62,415 nucleotides of DNA from a virus. Lineage: Duplodnaviria; Caudoviricetes. The position numbers and the translations under genes are program-made. The notes under the pieces are model-generated. The model saw only the letters and a list, made by a program, of their open reading frames with translations. It did not search any database and was not told the DNA's origin. The DNA is taken from positions 1 through 62,415 of IMG/VR virus record IMGVR_UViG_3300042314_001286; one strand, written 5' to 3'. Each line of letters starts with the position of its first letter. Positions within the stretch are counted from its first letter, which is position 1. This document shows, one piece after another, positions 57,713 through 62,415 of this stretch.

Positions 57713-58235
57713 CGTATTGGATTTTCTTAATGTTTCCTCTGTTGCCACCGAAATAACTTTTGTAGAAATTTTCCGGATTGTTTTCGTAAGCGTTGGTTGT
57801 CTTTACCTTTGACAACTCAAATACTTCTATGAACTGAACTTTTTCTAGTCTCTGTAGCTCATTAACCTTAGCTAGTAATGTACGCTGTTCAATTCGTAGT
57901 CCGCGTCGTTCATCTAGGTAGTCAAGTAGCAATTGCATTGCCGACTTACGATCCGCTCTCTCGCTTTTCTTTTTAAATCGTTTCTCTATAGGATCGAACA
58001 CCTTACGATTAACCTTTGCATGTACATTGCGATCGAATCTGGCGCCGTCGGATCTGTATAGCGAAAAGAATCCTAATGCAGTTTGGTTAATCATTGAAGA
58101 CATATTGCATTTAGGACATCTTATATTAGTCTTCTTCCCTCCGCGATCCTTCATTTTCTCGGCAATATTTTCTAATCCTAGATTATGATTGCACCATTTG
58201 CAGTTTGTTTTATGCTCTTTAAGTATTGTTCTCAT
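57699..58235 (-). CDS. zinc-ribbon protein
   Basis: CKWC...CPKC; coupled to dnaB stop. Confidence 0.6.
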   Translation of the reverse strand: MRTILKEHKTNCKWCNHNLGLENIAEKMKDRGGKKTNIRCPKCNMSSMINQTALGFFSLYRSDGARFDRNVHAKVNRKVFDPIEKRFKKKSERADRKSAMQLLLDYLDERRGLRIEQRTLLAKVNELQRLEKVQFIEVFELSKVKTTNAYENNPENFYKSYFGGNRGNIKKIQYDECI

Positions 58236-59671
58236 TAGAATGGTTGGATTGTTACGTTATCAAAATTGTGATTAATTTCATTTATTTTACTAGACTGAAA
58301 GGCTAGTTGCGGTGTTTCAAAACGAAACAATTCGTCTTCCGAATCCGCCACTCGGTTAGTTTTTACATCTACGAATCTACCTACATCGCCAACCTCGCCA
58401 TCTCTATTTTTTAAGATGCAATACTTTAACGTATTGTCCATCGGCGGGATCGCCTGCCCGGTAGTCTTCGCGTCGGTATACTTGTAATAGTCATCGCGAT
58501 ACAAACCAATTACCACAATAGCATCCTGCTCAATGTTACCACTAGAACGTAAGTCTGCTAACTGAGGCTGGCGATTAGTACGCTTCTCAATATCGCGTGA
58601 CAATTGTGATAGGCAAAGTATAGGTATGTGTAGCTTCTTAGTTAACTTCTGAATTTTGTTGCTAACTGAAGACACCTGCGCGAAATCAGATTGCTCTTTA
58701 ATTTGGTTGTCCCGGATCAATTGCATATAGTCAATGACTACAAGATCAATTTTATTCTTACGAACCTCTGACGTTAGTACCATTGATAAGTAATTGATAT
58801 CACGATTGTCTGAATCGTAAAAGTAGATAGGCAACTGCTTAAGTAACTTTGCGTTTGAGTTTAAAATCTTAGTGACGTCTTCCTGCGTGATTCTGTTTGC
58901 CTTTAAGTCTGAATAGTTATACTCAGTCACCTCACTAGATATGTAGCGATACATTAATGAGTCTGTAGGCATTTCCAAAGATAGAAACAATACGCGTGCC
59001 TTTGCCTTTGCGGCTTCCTTTGCGTGCTCCAATCCAACGATCGTTTTACCCATCCCCGGGCGGGCCGCAATGACAATCATTCCCTCTTGCCAGCCACCTA
59101 GGGCGTAATTTAGCTTCCGGCTACCTGTTTCAATTCCGGAGAATTTAAGTACGCCGGCGGTAGCAGACATCTTATTCATTACCCTTTCGTAGATATCTGA
59201 AATGTTCTCTACCTCAGAAGAAATCGCGCCGGAAGTAATTCTCTCTAGGTTGGCGTCTACTATAGATGTTAGCTCCGAAGATGTACTGCCATTCGTTATT
59301 CCCTTCTGAATCTTTAATGAGATATCAGATAAGATTCGCTTGTTTTCAATCTCCTTTAAATCAGAACAAACCTTGGTAATCTCTAGTGGGCGCTTAGGTA
59401 GCATTGAAAGTACCTGTGACGCGTCGATCCCTAATTCCTTTTCTTTTGTTTTAAGGAGTCTAAAAACATCGTAACGATTGAATACCTTGCCGTCAATAGA
59501 TAATTCAACACAGGCAGAATATGACGCCGAAAAAAGACTATCAGTAAACGCTGAAGGTGTGATAATCTTAGACGCCTCCGGAACCGTATGAGAATTCTCT
59601 AACAAGTAAGATACAATGTCTTCTTCTAATAGATAATCAACCAATTCGTTTGTAATTCTTTCTACTGCCAT
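58235..59671 (-). CDS. dnaB: replicative DnaB-like helicase
   Basis: AARPGMGKT, FLSLEM, VIDYMQL, LSQLSR, DLRSSGNIEQDA, KNRDG. Confidence 0.95.
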   Translation of the reverse strand: MAVERITNELVDYLLEEDIVSYLLENSHTVPEASKIITPSAFTDSLFSASYSACVELSIDGKVFNRYDVFRLLKTKEKELGIDASQVLSMLPKRPLEITKVCSDLKEIENKRILSDISLKIQKGITNGSTSSELTSIVDANLERITSGAISSEVENISDIYERVMNKMSATAGVLKFSGIETGSRKLNYALGGWQEGMIVIAARPGMGKTIVGLEHAKEAAKAKARVLFLSLEMPTDSLMYRYISSEVTEYNYSDLKANRITQEDVTKILNSNAKLLKQLPIYFYDSDNRDINYLSMVLTSEVRKNKIDLVVIDYMQLIRDNQIKEQSDFAQVSSVSNKIQKLTKKLHIPILCLSQLSRDIEKRTNRQPQLADLRSSGNIEQDAIVVIGLYRDDYYKYTDAKTTGQAIPPMDNTLKYCILKNRDGEVGDVGRFVDVKTNRVADSEDELFRFETPQLAFQSSKINEINHNFDNVTIQPF

Positions 59672-60357
59672 TCCTTTGGTATGTTTAACTCGAACTGCTT
59701 TTGATTGCTAGGTTCTATTGATTGTTTGGTTTCTAATGTTGATAGTGGAAGCTCATCCTCCCATACTCTGTTACTCAGGTACCTCTCCGGATCTTTTCTG
59801 TAGACTGGATCGGGGCGAGCTATTTTGTATCTAGGTATGGATAATAAGACTTCGTCCTTCTCAGTTTCTTTTAACTTATTCCATTTCATCCTTGTCTTCT
59901 CCTTGCCTACCTTCTTCCCGTATTCATCCCAAAACTTTTCAAATCTTTCTTCGATAATTATTTGTTTATTATTCCCTTTATTATTATCTCTTATTATATG
60001 TGCCAGATTTGTGGGGGAGGGGGGCTTCAAATCTAGCGGGGGGTATGCCAGATCTGTGGGGGAGGGGGGTGTCAAATCTAGCAGGGGGGTAACAACTCTA
60101 ATTTCCCTGATTTCAACCTCTCCGCTAGGTTTTGTCTTAATTATTCGGCTAAGGATATTCAACTGCTCAAGGTTTTTTATGTATGAACGTATCGCACTTT
60201 GTGACACACCCAAACAATCGCCCATATACTGATTACTCGCAAAGCAATGTCCCTCCTTATGAGATAAACTAGTAACCAATCCAACTAATAATTTCTCATT
60301 AGCGGATATATCCTTTCTAGATAAAACTTCTCCCGGAATAATTGCGTACCAACTCAT
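59662..60357 (-). CDS. HTH replication initiator (lambda-O-like organisation) with internal origin
   Basis: YAIIP...CFASNQYMGDCLGVS winged HTH; repeat-coded linker; FEKFWDEYGKKVGK...PERYL...WEDE; upstream of dnaB. Confidence 0.85.
   Translation of the reverse strand: MSWYAIIPGEVLSRKDISANEKLLVGLVTSLSHKEGHCFASNQYMGDCLGVSQSAIRSYIKNLEQLNILSRIIKTKPSGEVEIREIRVVTPLLDLTPPSPTDLAYPPLDLKPPSPTNLAHIIRDNNKGNNKQIIIEERFEKFWDEYGKKVGKEKTRMKWNKLKETEKDEVLLSIPRYKIARPDPVYRKDPERYLSNRVWEDELPLSTLETKQSIEPSNQKQFELNIPKEWQ
59960..60091. repeat. putative replication origin: two 45-bp tandem units, each with inverted GCYAGAT boxes, next to an AT-rich tract
   Basis: Units start at 60001 and 60046; located in the initiator's linker, as in lambdoid origins. 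Confidence 0.8.
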
Positions 60358-60548
60358 ATGCTTCTTAACTCTTTATCTATGTTTTTAATCTTACGCACTA
60401 AATCTTGAATGATAACTAACAACTTATCAAATGCCTCCATATCAGGTTCGGCAAATTTCATTGCGCGCTGGTAGTCTGCTAAGTCTATCTCAAGATGTAC
60501 CTTGCGCACGTTTAATATTGCCCGGTGGGCTTCTTCTTCTAAATTCAT
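60354..60548 (-). CDS. hypothetical protein, first gene of replication operon
   Basis: 64 aa; 4-nt overlap with initiator. Confidence 0.6.
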   Translation of the reverse strand: MNLEEEAHRAILNVRKVHLEIDLADYQRAMKFAEPDMEAFDKLLVIIQDLVRKIKNIDKELRSI

Positions 60549-60553
60549 TGTGC

Positions 60554-60659
60554 AAAAAAATGCCCAAGCGCTTGAGGGAAGACACTTGGGCGATAGGTTT
60601 TAGCCTATTGTTTTGAACCCTACCCCTCAATAGAATTCGAAACACTACTCACAAAGGTA
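60554..60659 (-). promoter_or_regulatory. promoter (TACCTTTG) and leader with terminator and complementary upstream segment (attenuator-like)
   Basis: Stem 60562-60570/60583-60591, U7 tract 60554-60560; loop CCCTCAA complementary to upstream TTGAGGG (60624-60630). Confidence 0.65.
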
Positions 60660-60670
60660 ATACTTTTTAT

Positions 60671-60958
60671 TTATAATCCGATGCGGGTAATAGCATAAAT
60701 ATTCATTGATGGTATTCCCATACTAATCCCGGAGTCATCTAACCTGCTGAAAATGAGCGTCCTAGCATCATCGGTGCAACCAAAGTACCTGCCGAGGGAT
60801 ACTTTCTCCGATCTACCATAGCGGTGAGTAATCTCATACTTGAATCCTTCTCGGAGGTTGTCCGGGTTAAAGACTAAGTCTTCTACTTTGTAAATTAAAA
60901 TTGCCCCTCTTCCGTTTTTTGACTCTAATGTTCTAAGTACTGATCTATTGTTTTTCAT
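60671..60958 (-). CDS. hypothetical protein
   Basis: 95-aa ORF. Confidence 0.6.
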   Translation of the reverse strand: MKNNRSVLRTLESKNGRGAILIYKVEDLVFNPDNLREGFKYEITHRYGRSEKVSLGRYFGCTDDARTLIFSRLDDSGISMGIPSMNIYAITRIGL

Positions 60959-60980
60959 TTTGTATTTAATTTAAATATGA

Positions 60981-61217
60981 TTAATTGTTTGAACCTTCCG
61001 GCTTATATAAAACTCCTTTTGGACTGCGTTTACCCGCCGGCATCATTGATTCATCCCAATGCTCTTCAGAAACTTTCATAGAGAATGCCCTGTAAGGCTC
61101 ATAACTGCCCTGTGTTTGCTTTTCTTTAGATGCAATGTGATAAATGATTGACGTGGCACAAATACTCGCTAAAAATAAAACTCCAATCTTAATAAACTTT
61201 GCTTCTTTGCTACTCAT
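60981..61217 (-). CDS. single-TM membrane protein
   Basis: N-terminal hydrophobic segment. Confidence 0.6.
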   Translation of the reverse strand: MSSKEAKFIKIGVLFLASICATSIIYHIASKEKQTQGSYEPYRAFSMKVSEEHWDESMMPAGKRSPKGVLYKPEGSNN

Positions 61218-61395
61218 GCGTCCCCTCCTTTCTATCTTGATTCTCTAGGCCCACAATATGCGACGCGTAAAGAAAAACTGGGAGACAAATAATAACTAAG
61301 CAAAATAAATCTTCGCTTAAGTTGTAATCTACAACCTGCATTAAAATCATGCATACAATAGAAGTAATTCCGGTAATCGCTTGTAATTTTTTCAT
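61210..61395 (-). CDS. two-TM membrane protein
   Basis: Architecture similar to 2408..2593. Confidence 0.6.
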   Translation of the reverse strand: MKKLQAITGITSIVCMILMQVVDYNLSEDLFCLVIICLPVFLYASHIVGLENQDRKEGTHE

Positions 61396-61495
61396 CTTCT
61401 GTTTGGTTTAGTAAACGACTATTAAATAATATGCTAAGGCGACGAATGCGTAGTAAAAAAAACATTCAATCCATTCGCCAATGGTAGGCTTTCTA

Positions 61496-61768
61496 TTAAA
61501 ACTCATCTAGCGTAGTTAGTTTAAATGATACCGGCATCAACGCTCTCTCTTCAGCGGGTAATACCTCATAAATATTAATCTCTAAATCATGTCCGTAATG
61601 TAGCATTAATTCAAAACGCTTATCGCCCATGTAGAAGTCTTTAAAAAACATCAATAGCGAATTGTATTCTACTACAGCCTCGCACGACAATCCGTCTACC
61701 CTAGCGGATATCAACACCTTGTGTTTAAACGGATTAATAACTGCTTTAAACTTTGTCATTAGATCCAA
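61496..61768 (-). CDS. hypothetical early protein
   Basis: 90-aa ORF. Confidence 0.6.
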   Translation of the reverse strand: MDLMTKFKAVINPFKHKVLISARVDGLSCEAVVEYNSLLMFFKDFYMGDKRFELMLHYGHDLEINIYEVLPAEERALMPVSFKLTTLDEF

Positions 61769-61949
61769 TTTTTAATTGATTGATTGCATTTACTTCGTCG
61801 TATGCGTCGCGCAAAGAATAGATTTCACCTATTAATTCGTCGCGCAATTCCCATTCTTCCATCATTGCGTACGCTTCCATTTGTTCGCAGTCAATAGGTG
61901 ATAAGGAACATTCCTTAATTGCTGTTAAAATTCTAGCTCTTGTATTCAT
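61746..61949 (-). CDS. hypothetical early protein
   Basis: 67-aa ORF overlapping neighbours. Confidence 0.6.
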   Translation of the reverse strand: MNTRARILTAIKECSLSPIDCEQMEAYAMMEEWELRDELIGEIYSLRDAYDEVNAINQLKIGSNDKV

Positions 61950-62181
61950 TTTCTTCTGTTGGTTGAGTTTGTCTGTTTGCTATATCCTGCCAAAAATCAT
62001 TTCCTTCCGGAGTGCTTTCCCAATAAAAAGAAAACAGCATCATATCAAGTAATGATTCCCAATCGGCGTCAAGTAATGTTCCTAGATAACTTTCGCTAGT
62101 GTTATGCTCTAAAACGTTATTGATAAATGCGTCCTGTTCGCCATTTGTCAAGTAATTATTGAGGTAGTCTAATCCCTTCAT
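61933..62181 (-). CDS. hypothetical early protein (FYWESTPEGNDFW motif)
   Basis: Likely start MKGLDY. Confidence 0.65.
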   Translation of the reverse strand: MKGLDYLNNYLTNGEQDAFINNVLEHNTSESYLGTLLDADWESLLDMMLFSFYWESTPEGNDFWQDIANRQTQPTEENEYKS

Positions 62182-62183
62182 TG

Positions 62184-62414
62184 CTATATTATTTTTCGAA
62201 TCCTTGCGTATGCTATAAAGTCCCATGAAGGTGCCATTGTGTCGGCGTATCTGTTAGCGTATACCCGGAAGTCATTCGTCTTAATATCCAAACTAACTTC
62301 TGAGAAATCCCGGTAAAGAGAATCAATGTATTCAGCTAATTCATATTGATATTCGTCTTCGCCTTCCTGCGTGGCAGTATAGTCTTCGCGTTCCGGCGCA
62401 TTGTAGTTACCCAT
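62184..62414 (-). CDS. 3' part of the junction-spanning early protein
   Basis: Continuous with 1..200. Confidence 0.8.
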   Translation of the reverse strand: MGNYNAPEREDYTATQEGEDEYQYELAEYIDSLYRDFSEVSLDIKTNDFRVYANRYADTMAPSWDFIAYARIRKII

Positions 62415-62415
62415 A
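62335..62415. repeat. 81-bp terminal direct repeat (copy 2)
   Basis: Identical to 1-81. Confidence 0.97.

Overview
The window looks like a complete, circularly assembled dsDNA tailed-phage genome of about 62.3 kb. Bases 1-81 are identical to 62335-62415, and an ORF reads through the junction. The host is probably a Bacteroidota member: TAnnTTTG -7 promoter boxes recur upstream of genes, 5' UTRs are A/C-rich without Shine-Dalgarno sequences, and one protein carries a T9SS-type domain. The + strand (3.1-48.6 kb) is the late module: tandem GroES-like protein, terminase, portal, scaffold, major capsid, two repeat-rich tail fibres each followed by a gp38-like tip protein, a flavin-dependent halogenase, a lysis cassette, podovirus-type tail proteins and ejection/polyvalent proteins. 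The - strand (48.6 kb through the junction to 2.6 kb) is the early/replication module: HTH replication initiator with internal iterons, DnaB, PD-(D/E)xK exonuclease, SSB-like, RusA-like, XRE and many small ORFs. I recognised no DNA polymerase, RNA polymerase or integrase. Strongest unusual signals: (1) a second, non-coding copy of the initiator's iteron/AT-rich origin in front of the terminase operon; (2) a fibre-tip protein carrying an apparent T9SS type-B C-terminal sorting domain, a possible receptor mimic; (3) a packed array of different operator-like palindromes next to a tRNA-like gene with a 9-nt anticodon loop; (4) a halogenase inside the tail-fibre module; (5) an attenuator-like leader ahead of the replication operon; (6) apparent avoidance of CCWGG and GGTC/GACC. 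All family assignments come from recognising motifs by eye, not from database searches.
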